64,000 bases of DNA from an uncultured Clostridia bacterium. GTDB lineage: Bacteria > Bacillota > Clostridia > TANB77 > CAG-465. Shown here one piece after another: positions 1-9,662 of this stretch (positions are counted from its first letter, which is position 1; each line of letters opens with the position of its first letter). Where the stretch lies: positions 42,660 through 106,659 of the forward strand of contig CAOYAN010000002.1 of the NCBI GenBank assembly GCA_948562205.1, written 5' to 3'. The position numbers were made by a program, and so were the translations under genes. The notes beneath the pieces are model-generated. The model saw only the letters and a list, made by a program, of their open reading frames with translations, had not been told where the DNA came from and searched no databases.

Positions 1-376
1 TTATTCTGTAGGAGAAGTATTTAATGATGGTTATATGAAAGTAGTGTATACTGCATTAAATGATAATTTTACAGATTATAGTAAATATGCAACTATTAAG
101 GAAGGGTGTAAAGTAATTTGTGCTTCATTTGAATTTGAAAATGTTAGTAATGGTGATGAATCAGCAAGTTCATCAGATTTTGAATGCTATGCAGATGGAT
201 ACTCTTGTGATAGCTTTTATTCTGTTGATGATTCATCTTTTTATAATAGGCTCTCAGCAGGTAAGAAAACAAAAGGTAATGTATATTTTCAAGTACCTGT
301 AAATGCAGAAAAAATCATAATTGAATATGAAAATAATATGTGGTCTAGTAAAAAAGTTAAATTTATTGTTAAATAA
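1..376 (+). CDS. secreted/lipoprotein-like domain protein, C-terminal part (ORF enters window from upstream; DUF4352-like from memory)
   Basis: Frame is open from nt 2 with no in-frame stop, so the gene starts upstream of the window. Sequence is Ser/Asp-rich and ends ...KVKFIVK. It resembles the DUF4352 family. Confidence 0.35.
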   Translation, partial: YSVGEVFNDGYMKVVYTALNDNFTDYSKYATIKEGCKVICASFEFENVSNGDESASSSDFECYADGYSCDSFYSVDDSSFYNRLSAGKKTKGNVYFQVPVNAEKIIIEYENNMWSSKKVKFIVK

Positions 377-505
377 AATGCAATTGAAGCTATTCAAAAT
401 TATATAGGAGTATTAGAGTCTTTCTAAATACTCCTTTTTATTTGATTTATAGACAAAAAAATGATATAATATTTCAAAATATGCAGAAAACTTTTTAATT
501 AAAAG

Positions 506-1423
506 GTGGAGGAAAGTATGAAAGAAAGATTATTGGATTTATTAAATGGTAAAAATATTACTATTATTAGTCATGATGTATATGATGTAGATAGTATTAT
601 GTCTGGTATACTTTTATCGAATTTACTTAAATTCTTAAATATTGATAATCAGTTTGTTATATTGCAGAAAATAAAAGAAGATGATACTTTTACGATGACT
701 AAGGAATTATTTGATATTAGCTTATATGTTTTTTTTGATATAGAAGATAAATATAGAAATTTATTTTTAGTTGATTGCTATGAGACAAAGCATCTTGGCA
801 ATGTAATAGCTTGTATTGATCATCATCCAACTGCAACAAAAATAGAGTATCCATATTATTATTGTAAGCGTTCCTGCTCTACTTCATATTTGATATATGA
901 ACTTATGCAAGAATTTGGCTATGAAATAAGTATAGAAGAAGCAAAAATGATTATTTTTTCTATGATGACTGATACAGTAGCCTTTAGAAGTGATAAAACA
1001 GTTAAATCAGAAATAATTGTTGCTAAAAATCTTGCTGAAAAATATAACATAGACTATAGTTCCTTAGAAAAATATAGTTTATGTATTACAGATATAAATA
1101 ACATGAGTTTAGAAGAAATAGTTCATTATGGTATAAAAGAATATTTATTTAATGGAAAAAGAGTAAAATCAAGTTATGTACAAGTTTGGGATTTACCCAA
1201 TAGAAAAGAAATTAAAGTTTGGCTAGATACTATAGGAAATTTGGTTGAAAAAGAAAATTTAGCAATGTGGGTATTCATTATATATGATCTTAAATGTAAT
1301 GATACATATGAGTATCATATAGAAAAAGACAGTACATACAAATATATATTAACTATAAATAGGATTTTATCTAGAGGTACAAATATTATGCCAAGAATTG
1401 AGAAAATATTTGGGAATATCTAA
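506..1423 (+). CDS. DHH-family phosphoesterase (NrnA-like)
   Basis: DHH motif in ...IACIDHHPTATK...; N-terminal 'ITIISHDVYDVD' (DxD) element typical of the DHH superfamily. Confidence 0.55.
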   Translation: MEESMKERLLDLLNGKNITIISHDVYDVDSIMSGILLSNLLKFLNIDNQFVILQKIKEDDTFTMTKELFDISLYVFFDIEDKYRNLFLVDCYETKHLGNVIACIDHHPTATKIEYPYYYCKRSCSTSYLIYELMQEFGYEISIEEAKMIIFSMMTDTVAFRSDKTVKSEIIVAKNLAEKYNIDYSSLEKYSLCITDINNMSLEEIVHYGIKEYLFNGKRVKSSYVQVWDLPNRKEIKVWLDTIGNLVEKENLAMWVFIIYDLKCNDTYEYHIEKDSTYKYILTINRILSRGTNIMPRIEKIFGNI

Positions 1424-1568
1424 AATATAATATAGCATATTAGAAAATGTTGAAATTGCGTTTGCAAAATCAACATTTTTTATTTTTTAGTCTCTATCTT
1501 TTTCATACCTTACTCTTACAATATTGTAAATTTTCTTGATAATCATATAAATTTAAGATATAATTATT

Positions 1569-2852
1569 ATGAAACAGATTATAGAAAAGAGGAATAAAAT
1601 GGAACCATTGGCATATAGAATGAAACCAAAATCTTTGAATAGCTTTTTTGGTCAAGAAGATATAGTAGGTGAAAATAAATTACTTTATAGATTAATAAAA
1701 GCAGATAAACTTACCTCAGCTATTTTTTGGGGTCCACCAGGATGTGGTAAAACTTCTCTTGCAAGAGTTGTTGCAAATAATACTAAAAATAAGTTTGTAA
1801 CTCTAAATGCTACAACTGCAGGAGTTGCAGATATAAAAAAAGTAGTTGAAGAGGCTCAAAATATATTTACTAATCCTACTGGTAAAGTAATACTTTTTAT
1901 AGATGAAATACACAGATTTAATAAGCTTCAACAGGACGCTCTACTTCCACATGTTGAAAAAGGAACCGTGATTTTAATAGGAGCTACTACTGAAAATCCG
2001 TATTTTTCTGTAAATAAAGCATTAATTTCTAGATCTACTATATTTAAGTTTAAAGAATTGGACTCAGAAGATATATTAAAAGTTTTAAGAAATTGCTTAA
2101 TTGATAAAGAACAAGGTCTTGGAAATTATAGTTTAGATGTAAAAGAAGATGCGCTAATGTATCTTTCTAAGAATTCTAATGGAGATGTAAGAAGTGCTAT
2201 GAATGCATTAGAACTTGCAGTACTTACTACAGATATGAATGAAGATGGTATTATAGTTATAGATAAACAAGTAATACTTGATTGTATAGGACAGAAAAAA
2301 TCTGTTTATGATAAATCAGATGATTCACATTATGACGTTATATCAGCATTTATAAAATCAATGAGAGGTTCTGATCCAGATGCAACACTACATTATTTAG
2401 CTAGAATGTTAGAGGGTGGAGAAGATCCAATGTTTATTGCAAGAAGAATTGTAATACAAGCATCGGAAGATGTAGGACTTGCAAATAATGAAGCACTACA
2501 AGTAGCAGTCGCTGCAATGAATGCTGTACATCAAATTGGTATGCCTGAAGCAAAAATTCCACTTGCTCAAGCAGCACTTGTCGTTGCACTAAGTCCTAAG
2601 TCTAATACTTCATATCTTGGAATAAATATGGCGGTAGCAGATATTGCTACAAAAGATATAGGACAGGTTCCTATGCATCTTAGAAATGCTACAGCAAAGG
2701 GAATGGAAGAGTTTGGATATGGAATAGATTATAAATATCCACATGATTTTGAAAATGGAAAAGTTGAGCAACAATATATGCCAGATAAATTAGTTGGAAC
2801 TAAATATTTTTTACCAAAGAAATGGGAGAGTTTTTATGAAGGAAAAGAATAA
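1569..2852 (+). CDS. rarA: replication-associated recombination protein A (AAA+ ATPase RarA/MgsA)
   Basis: Walker A GPPGCGKTSLAR, Walker B ILFIDEIH, sensor and arginine-finger regions; the C-terminal helical domain is conserved across RarA. The start may instead be Met11 (nt 1599). Confidence 0.85.
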   Translation: MKQIIEKRNKMEPLAYRMKPKSLNSFFGQEDIVGENKLLYRLIKADKLTSAIFWGPPGCGKTSLARVVANNTKNKFVTLNATTAGVADIKKVVEEAQNIFTNPTGKVILFIDEIHRFNKLQQDALLPHVEKGTVILIGATTENPYFSVNKALISRSTIFKFKELDSEDILKVLRNCLIDKEQGLGNYSLDVKEDALMYLSKNSNGDVRSAMNALELAVLTTDMNEDGIIVIDKQVILDCIGQKKSVYDKSDDSHYDVISAFIKSMRGSDPDATLHYLARMLEGGEDPMFIARRIVIQASEDVGLANNEALQVAVAAMNAVHQIGMPEAKIPLAQAALVVALSPKSNTSYLGINMAVADIATKDIGQVPMHLRNATAKGMEEFGYGIDYKYPHDFENGKVEQQYMPDKLVGTKYFLPKKWESFYEGKE

Positions 2853-4197
2853 AAAGATTAAGAAAAACACTTCTAATGAAAAAAATACAGAAGATAACTT
2901 AAAAGAGATTGAAAACATAGTTATGAATATGGTAGAGGAGACATCAAATGAAGATAGTTTGCTTGATGAAGATGCAGAAAAAGGCATTAATATCGTAAAT
3001 AGTCATAACGAAAAATTAATGGAAGATAGACAAGAGAGGTTATATGAAAATTCAAGTGAAAGAATAAATAAAAATAATAATGTTAGATATAAAATTAGAC
3101 CATTATTTATAACTACACTTGTAGTGATTATAGTTTTAGTTATATATATACTTTTTGAATATGGACCAATATTTGGAATAAATATAAGTAAAAATACTGG
3201 AATATCGGAAGAAAATAAAATAGATATAATTACAACTGATAATGATATATATAAAATGTATAATCAAGAACTTTTAGTATACTCAAATAATGTTGTATCA
3301 ACATATAATAATTATTTACAAAAGACATGGAGTTATGAGCTTTCTGAAAACTTTACACCAAGTATATACATAAATGATAATTATATGGTTATTGCTAATA
3401 ATTCAAATGGTACTATATACATGTTTGATAGCAAAAGAGAAATATTTAATAAAAAAATAGATGGCAAAATTCAATACATATATATAGATGAATATGGAAA
3501 TATTGCTGTAGAATATTCAACTACAGGTTATAAAAAAATAATTAGTGTATATGATAGAAATGGAAAGAATAAATTTGATACTTATTTATCTTCTAATACA
3601 ATTATAGATGTAAAGATAATAGAAAATTGTAGTAAGTTATTAATTGCACAAGCAAATTCTAATTCATTTAAAGTGGGAGTTACTCTAAGTATTGTTGATT
3701 CTACTAAGACTGAAAATAATATTACTGAGATTTGTAAATTTGATAATAATCTTATATATGATATAAATATTCAAGGTCAAAATGCAATTATACTTTTTGA
3801 TGATAAGATTTCAAAAGTAAACTTAAATAATTCGAATGTCTCAGATATTAAAAAATTCGATGATAATCAATTACTTTTTGTTGCAATATATAAAGACTAT
3901 TATACATATTTAAGTAAAAAATTAGATGATAGTGAAGATAAATATACAGTTGTTACAACTCAATATGATGGTATTAATATAAGTGAGGTAAATCTTAATA
4001 ATTCACCTAAAATTTTATATAATAGTGGACTTTTAAATTACTTTATATATCAAGATTCACTGCAAGTTATAAATAAATGGGGGATTGAAATAAAAAATAT
4101 ACCTATAGATTTTATGCCTAAAGATATAGTAATATTTAATAATGAAAAAAGTGTTGGACTTGTATATACTAATAAAATATATATAGTAAATTTGTAA
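2836..4197 (+). CDS. hypothetical membrane-anchored protein (acidic N-terminus, one TM helix, beta-rich repeat domain)
   Basis: Long ORF. A GGGAGAG ribosome-binding site precedes ATG 2836, which overlaps the rarA stop. A single hydrophobic segment LFITTLVVIIVLVIYILF is present. No recognisable catalytic motif. Confidence 0.4.
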   Translation: MKEKNKKIKKNTSNEKNTEDNLKEIENIVMNMVEETSNEDSLLDEDAEKGINIVNSHNEKLMEDRQERLYENSSERINKNNNVRYKIRPLFITTLVVIIVLVIYILFEYGPIFGINISKNTGISEENKIDIITTDNDIYKMYNQELLVYSNNVVSTYNNYLQKTWSYELSENFTPSIYINDNYMVIANNSNGTIYMFDSKREIFNKKIDGKIQYIYIDEYGNIAVEYSTTGYKKIISVYDRNGKNKFDTYLSSNTIIDVKIIENCSKLLIAQANSNSFKVGVTLSIVDSTKTENNITEICKFDNNLIYDINIQGQNAIILFDDKISKVNLNNSNVSDIKKFDDNQLLFVAIYKDYYTYLSKKLDDSEDKYTVVTTQYDGINISEVNLNNSPKILYNSGLLNYFIYQDSLQVINKWGIEIKNIPIDFMPKDIVIFNNEKSVGLVYTNKIYIVNL

Positions 4198-4209
4198 GGG
4201 GGAAATGAT

Positions 4210-4848
4210 ATGATAATAGATATTATAGTACTTATTTTTATAGCACTTGCTGCATATGCAGGATATAAAAAAGGACTTGTTGGAATACTTGTAAGTCTTC
4301 TTGGAATGGTTATATCAATTGTACTTGCATTTATGCTTCAAGGGGTTATAGCTGATATGCTTTATAATGATACAAGCATAGGAAAGACACTACAGCAAAG
4401 TATTGAGGAAAGTTTACAAGATAGCTTTGATAAAAAAGTAGCTGAAGAAACTGATTCTAATACATTTTATGCAGGTATTGTAAAAAGTATTGTAAATAAG
4501 GAAGAGATTTCAAAAGTTGCTGAGAATACAACTAAATTTATACTAAAAGGTGTTAGTTTTGTAGCTATATTTGTTATAACTTTTATTATTTGTTATATAG
4601 TTCAAATGATGTTAAATATAGTATTTGATCTACCAGGACTAAGTCAAATAAACGAAATAGGTGGAGTTGCTATTGGGATAATTAAAGCTCTTTTAAAAAT
4701 TTGGATTATGCTTGCAATAATATCTTTTATATCACCAATTCCAGTATTTAACTTTTTAGATACAGCAATAAAAAATACAATGCTTACTAAGTTTTTATAT
4801 GATAATAATGTTTTTGTAACTTTACTTAAAATAGGCCTTAATATGTAG
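4210..4848 (+). CDS. cvpA: CvpA-family membrane protein
   Basis: N-terminus MIIDIIVLIFIALAAYAGYKKGLV is typical of CvpA; it has four TM segments and sits in the conserved cvpA-LCP-comEA neighbourhood. Confidence 0.55.
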   Translation: MIIDIIVLIFIALAAYAGYKKGLVGILVSLLGMVISIVLAFMLQGVIADMLYNDTSIGKTLQQSIEESLQDSFDKKVAEETDSNTFYAGIVKSIVNKEEISKVAENTTKFILKGVSFVAIFVITFIICYIVQMMLNIVFDLPGLSQINEIGGVAIGIIKALLKIWIMLAIISFISPIPVFNFLDTAIKNTMLTKFLYDNNVFVTLLKIGLNM

Positions 4849-4859
4849 AGAGTGATTAT

Positions 4860-5768
4860 ATGAGTAAAAAGGATAATAAGAAAAAAAGAAAATCCTTTAG
4901 TATTTTAAAATTACTATTTGCGATTATTATACTTTTAGTTATGGCTATTTTATTACTATCATTATATAGTAATGTAACATCACAAAAGCTAATTACTGCA
5001 GATGGTAGAATTGAGACTGTTGAAGGGAAAAAAGAGTGTGTTAGTGCACTTGTTTGTGGGATAAATGATAATCTTACAGATACTATAATGTATTTAAATT
5101 ATAATACAAAAAATGGTAAGCTATTTATTATGTCTATACCTAGAGATACTTATGTTGAAAACGAGTATTGTGTAGGCCATAAAATAAATGCAATATATAG
5201 AGGGAAAAATATTATACCTCTTGTAGAAGAAGTTCAAGATAAATTAGATACAAAAATAGATTATTATGTGATTTTTGATACTAAAATGGTAAATAAACTT
5301 GTTGATGAAATTGGTGGGGTTAAAATAGAAGTCCCATTTGATATGAAATATGATGATCCAACACAAGATTTACATATTGATTTAGAAAAAGGAGTTCAAG
5401 TTTTAAATGGAATAGAGGCAGAACATTTTGTTAGATTTAGACATAATAATGATATGAGTGTTGCATATGCAATGGGGGATTTAGGTAGAGTAAAAACTCA
5501 GCAAGAGTTTATGAAATCTTTTGCAAAGTCTATGATAAGTCCCAAAAATATCTTTAAAGTTCAAAGTATTGTAAATATAATATTAGAGGATACAAAAACC
5601 AATATACAAACTGAGGATATAATAAGATATATGTTAAGTATAGTAAAATTAGATACTAATAATATTGTTACAAAAACAGCAGTAGGGTCACCAAAATATA
5701 TAAATGGTATATCATATTTTCTACTAGATGATGAAAAAACACAAGAAGAAATAAAAAATGAAATTTAA
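4860..5768 (+). CDS. LCP family protein (LytR-CpsA-Psr cell-envelope phosphotransferase)
   Basis: N-terminal TM anchor; ...MSIPRDTYVE... and the ...FDTKMVNKLVDEIGGVKIEVP... region match the LCP catalytic domain. Confidence 0.7.
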   Translation: MSKKDNKKKRKSFSILKLLFAIIILLVMAILLLSLYSNVTSQKLITADGRIETVEGKKECVSALVCGINDNLTDTIMYLNYNTKNGKLFIMSIPRDTYVENEYCVGHKINAIYRGKNIIPLVEEVQDKLDTKIDYYVIFDTKMVNKLVDEIGGVKIEVPFDMKYDDPTQDLHIDLEKGVQVLNGIEAEHFVRFRHNNDMSVAYAMGDLGRVKTQQEFMKSFAKSMISPKNIFKVQSIVNIILEDTKTNIQTEDIIRYMLSIVKLDTNNIVTKTAVGSPKYINGISYFLLDDEKTQEEIKNEI

Positions 5769-5792
5769 TATCTAACAGTTGGAAAGGACAAA

Positions 5793-6353
5793 ATGAAAAA
5801 TTTCATAATTAAATATAAAAAATATATAATTACATTAGTTATTATAATGCTTTCTATTATTTCAATAATAATGCAAGAGAAAAGTAGACAAGATAGTATT
5901 AATATAAATTCACAAGATATATCTAAAATAGAAAATAAAATTGCAGTATATATTACAGGAGCTGTAAAAAATCCAGGAGTATATTATTTAGATATAGGCT
6001 CAAGATTAAGCAATCTTTTAGATATTTGTGGAGGAATACAAGAAAACGCTGATATTAAAAAAATCAATTTAGCTAAAAAATTGTCTGATTCAGATAAGAT
6101 AGATATTCCAGTTATAAAGGAAGAAAGCATAGATGATGAAGAAGTAGAGGAAACAGAAAAAAGTGATAAAATAAATATAAACACAGCAACTGAGAGTGAG
6201 CTTATGACTTTAAATGGAATAGGTAAATCTACTGCCCAAAAAATTATTGAATATAGAAAAGTACAAGAATTTACTGAAATTGAAGACTTAATGGAAGTTC
6301 CAGGAATTGGAGAAAGTAAATTTAATAATGTAAAACATGATATTTGTACATAA
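5793..6353 (+). CDS. comEA: competence protein ComEA (helix-hairpin-helix DNA-binding)
   Basis: N-terminal TM; SLBB-like middle domain; C-terminal HhH pair ININTATESELMTLNGIGKSTAQKIIEYR...EDLMEVPGIGESKF. Confidence 0.7.
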   Translation: MKNFIIKYKKYIITLVIIMLSIISIIMQEKSRQDSININSQDISKIENKIAVYITGAVKNPGVYYLDIGSRLSNLLDICGGIQENADIKKINLAKKLSDSDKIDIPVIKEESIDDEEVEETEKSDKININTATESELMTLNGIGKSTAQKIIEYRKVQEFTEIEDLMEVPGIGESKFNNVKHDICT

Positions 6354-6477
6354 AAATAAAAACTTATAGCTAGAAAATAGCTGTAAGTTTTTTTGATAAA
6401 ACGTAGAAAATAATTTAAATTAGATGAAAAATATATTTATATATGATATAATTTCATTATAAGATGAGGTGTAAATT

Positions 6478-6810
6478 ATGGTAAAAGATTATTTAAACAA
6501 AATAGTTGAAGTGAAGATGGATAGGCCAATGGGAAGCAAGCATCCTAAAATTGGATTTATCTATCCAGTAAATTATGGATATATTCCAAATACTGTATCA
6601 GGTGATGGCGAAGAGTTAGATGCATATGTTCTTGGTGTACATGAACCATTAGATACATTTTCAGGTAGAGTTATAGCTATAATACATCGCTTAAATGATA
6701 ATGATGATAAATTAGTTGTAGTTCCAGATGGTAAAATGTATTCTGATGAACAAATAAGAGCTCTTACTGAATTTCAAGAGGCATATTTTATATCTGAAAT
6801 ATATAGATAG
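6478..6810 (+). CDS. short inorganic-pyrophosphatase-like protein (family I PPase core)
   Basis: YPVNYGYIPNTVSGDGEELDAYVL and KLVVVPDG resemble the family I PPase active-site region (compare E. coli YPCNYGYI...DGDPVDVLV, KLVAVP). At 110 aa it is a truncated form. Confidence 0.5.
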   Translation: MVKDYLNKIVEVKMDRPMGSKHPKIGFIYPVNYGYIPNTVSGDGEELDAYVLGVHEPLDTFSGRVIAIIHRLNDNDDKLVVVPDGKMYSDEQIRALTEFQEAYFISEIYR

Positions 6811-7730
6811 TGAGGGATTATATGAATCTTAAGAATAATTCTTTTATAGATTTAAATTTATACAACATATTTTATACTGTATATAAATGTGGAAGTTTTT
6901 CAAAAGCTGCTGAAAAATTATATGTTACACAACCTGCTATTAGTTATAGTATTAAAAAATTAGAAGAAATTTTAGGTATAACTTTATTTATACGTGATAA
7001 AAATGTGTTAAAAATAACAGAAGAGACTGAAGAAATTATTCCATATATAGAAGAAGCTCTTATAAATTTTAATCTTGGAAAACAAAGAATAGAAGAAAAA
7101 TTAAACTTAAGAAATAGTGTTATAAAAATTGGAATTCCATCACATATTGGTATATTTTTGTTAGTGGATATTATAGAAAAGTTTTCAAAAGATAATCCTA
7201 ACATAAATATAAAAGTAGTTTGTAAAACTACAAAAGAGTTATTTAGATTATTAAAAAATAATAGAATTGATATACTCATAGATAGTTCTCCAATAGAGGA
7301 AGTGCCAAGAGATGAATATGTTATATATAAAATATCTGAGGAAAATTATTGTTTTGCATGTAGCGTGAAAAATAAAGATATAAAAAAAGTGTCATTAGAG
7401 GATTTATTAAAATATAAATTAATAGTTCCTTCTAAAAACACTAATGCTACAACAGAGCTAGGTAAATTATTTGAAGATAATAATTTGATTCTAGAGCCTA
7501 ATTATGAAATTGATACTAGTGAGATGATTGTTGAAATGATACAAAAAAATATCGGAATTGGTTATTTATATGAAAAAATGATTGATAGAAAAGATGATAT
7601 AAGAAAGATAGATATATCTGAAAAATTACCTACTAGTGATATATTTATAATCTATAAAAAGAAGATGCTTGCAATGTCTACTAAAAAAATAATAGAATAT
7701 ATAAATGATAATATTAGCAACTATAAATAA
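6810..7730 (+). CDS. LysR-family transcriptional regulator
   Basis: N-terminal wHTH LYNIFYTVYKCGSFSKAAEKLYVTQPAISYSIKKLEE followed by a LysR substrate-binding domain. It lies immediately upstream of the radical-SAM cluster. Confidence 0.8.
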   Translation: MRDYMNLKNNSFIDLNLYNIFYTVYKCGSFSKAAEKLYVTQPAISYSIKKLEEILGITLFIRDKNVLKITEETEEIIPYIEEALINFNLGKQRIEEKLNLRNSVIKIGIPSHIGIFLLVDIIEKFSKDNPNINIKVVCKTTKELFRLLKNNRIDILIDSSPIEEVPRDEYVIYKISEENYCFACSVKNKDIKKVSLEDLLKYKLIVPSKNTNATTELGKLFEDNNLILEPNYEIDTSEMIVEMIQKNIGIGYLYEKMIDRKDDIRKIDISEKLPTSDIFIIYKKKMLAMSTKKIIEYINDNISNYK

Positions 7731-7804
7731 ATTTTATAGTTGCTAAAGTTTTATTAATTTGACTTATAATATACATGTGCTATAATCATGGTGGAGGTGA
7801 GCAT

Positions 7805-8884
7805 ATGACCAAGAAAATTAATATTGGATGGGGACTTACAAATGTTTGTAATATGAATTGCGAATTCTGCTATAGTAAAAATGCAAGAAAAGAAAGTATT
7901 TCTATTGGAATAGATGAATGGAAAAAATTTGTTGATGAGAATCATGAAAAGATTGATTCGATAAATTATGGGACAGGAGAAAATTCATTAATAGATGATT
8001 TTTTCTACTTTATAGAGTATGTTAGAGAAAATTATCCAGATATAAAGCAGTCTGTTACTACTAATGGACATATTTATAAAAAAGTAAGTAGTAATGAAAA
8101 GTTTATGGAAATTTATAGAAGATGCATTGATGAAGTTGATGTATCACTAGACTTTTGTAATAAAGATAGACACAATAAGTTTAGGGGTCAAATTATGGCA
8201 TATGACTTTGCAATTAATACATTAGCTATGTTAAAAAAAGATGGCAAAAAAGCTACTATTGTATTTGTTGGTTTTGAAGAAACTTTGCAAAAGGAAAATA
8301 TTGACGGTCTATTTGGTATTGCTAAGAAATATAATGCTTTACTTAGATTAAATATTTATAGACCAGTTGCTAAAGACAAAGATATAAATAAAAAGTTTAT
8401 TCTATCATATGATACTTTAAAAAATGCACTTGATTATATAAATGAGAGATATAAAATAATTACTTTAAGTGATGTTCTATTTGGTAATTTATTTACTGAT
8501 CAAACTGATGTTAAAGAAAATACAGGCATTGGAAGTATTAGGATACTGCCTGATGGTAATATATGTCCTTCTACTTATTTAATATCAAAAGAACAAAGAA
8601 GTAATTATTATATTACTGACAATAATGTATTAGATAAATTGAGATTTAATGATTTTGAAGAAGCTAAAGTACCATATGAATGTGACAATTGTAAATATAA
8701 GAATTCATGTAGAGGTGGAGTTTTTGATAGAAGAGTATTATGGTATGGAACGTTAGATAAAAGAGATCCATATTGTCCAATACTTCTTGGAAAAGAAATA
8801 CCAAATACTAAATATCATATAACTAAAAAAGAAAGAGTATCTGTTCATGAAGAGTATTTACCAACTATGTTTTTTTCAAACTAG
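7805..8884 (+). CDS. radical SAM enzyme with C-terminal SPASM/twitch Cys-rich domain
   Basis: CNMNCEFCYS (CX3CX2C) near the N-terminus; C-terminal CDNCKYKNSCRGG...YCPILLG auxiliary-cluster motif. A GGTGGAGGTGA ribosome-binding site precedes ATG 7805. Confidence 0.75.
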   Translation: MTKKINIGWGLTNVCNMNCEFCYSKNARKESISIGIDEWKKFVDENHEKIDSINYGTGENSLIDDFFYFIEYVRENYPDIKQSVTTNGHIYKKVSSNEKFMEIYRRCIDEVDVSLDFCNKDRHNKFRGQIMAYDFAINTLAMLKKDGKKATIVFVGFEETLQKENIDGLFGIAKKYNALLRLNIYRPVAKDKDINKKFILSYDTLKNALDYINERYKIITLSDVLFGNLFTDQTDVKENTGIGSIRILPDGNICPSTYLISKEQRSNYYITDNNVLDKLRFNDFEEAKVPYECDNCKYKNSCRGGVFDRRVLWYGTLDKRDPYCPILLGKEIPNTKYHITKKERVSVHEEYLPTMFFSN

Positions 8885-8895
8885 AAAGGATAGAT

Positions 8896-9525
8896 ATGAA
8901 AAGAATAATTGCTTTAAGACATGCAGAATCTATAAAAAATTTAGAAGATATATATGGTGGAAATGGTAAAAAACTTACACAAAATGGAATAAATAGTATT
9001 AAAGTTTTAAACGAGAAATTACAAAAACAATATAATATAAAAAATAGAAGTAATGTAGAAATTTATACTTCATGTAGACGGGTGCATGTAGAACAGACAT
9101 GTAGAAAAATTGCAGACTTTATCGGTATAGATAAAATCTATACTGATAATTTATATTCTCCAATAAATTTAGGAGCTTTTAATGGTTTATCTAAAGATGA
9201 GCAAAAAATTCTATATCCAGAAGCTGTTAAAGCATTAGAAAGATGGAATTTAGGCATTGGAGATATTAATGATTTTAAAGTTGATGGATTAGAGTCAGCT
9301 TCAAGTCATTTTCAAAGAATAAAAGCTTTCTTAAGTAATTTACAAGACGAAAAAATGTATATTTTAATTGGTACACGATCAGACATTACAGCTATAAAAA
9401 ACATTGCTTTTGGAAACAATCCAGAAGTATATATGGAGTATAAATATTATAATACGGAATATCTGTGTGGTATCTATTTTGAAATATATAATAATCATAA
9501 TGTATGTAATATAAATTTAATTTAG
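8896..9525 (+). CDS. histidine phosphatase family protein (phosphoglycerate-mutase-like)
   Basis: N-terminal RHAES (RHG-type catalytic His motif) and a later His region; length is typical of branch-1 histidine phosphatases. Confidence 0.55.
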   Translation: MKRIIALRHAESIKNLEDIYGGNGKKLTQNGINSIKVLNEKLQKQYNIKNRSNVEIYTSCRRVHVEQTCRKIADFIGIDKIYTDNLYSPINLGAFNGLSKDEQKILYPEAVKALERWNLGIGDINDFKVDGLESASSHFQRIKAFLSNLQDEKMYILIGTRSDITAIKNIAFGNNPEVYMEYKYYNTEYLCGIYFEIYNNHNVCNINLI

Positions 9526-9662
9526 AAATATAAAATTAAACAAGTAATAAAAACTATTTTATAGTAGAAATAATTTGAATAAATGTAACTATAAAACAAT
9601 GCCATATAGCAACAATATAGTAATTATTATTATATTGTTGCTATTCTAAAAGGAGATATTGT

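Noticed and set aside
6944-7279. Antisense ORFs inside annotated genes (6944..7279-, 5984..6184-, 10112..10989-, 12228..12566-, 13637..13903-, 39991..40281-, 42311..42990-, 46245..46851-, 61241..61528-, 120..302+, 37630..37815+)
   Set aside because: They overlap well-supported genes on the opposite strand or in the same region. They have low-complexity, AT-driven codon composition and no ribosome-binding sites. They are typical spurious ORFs of an AT-rich genome.
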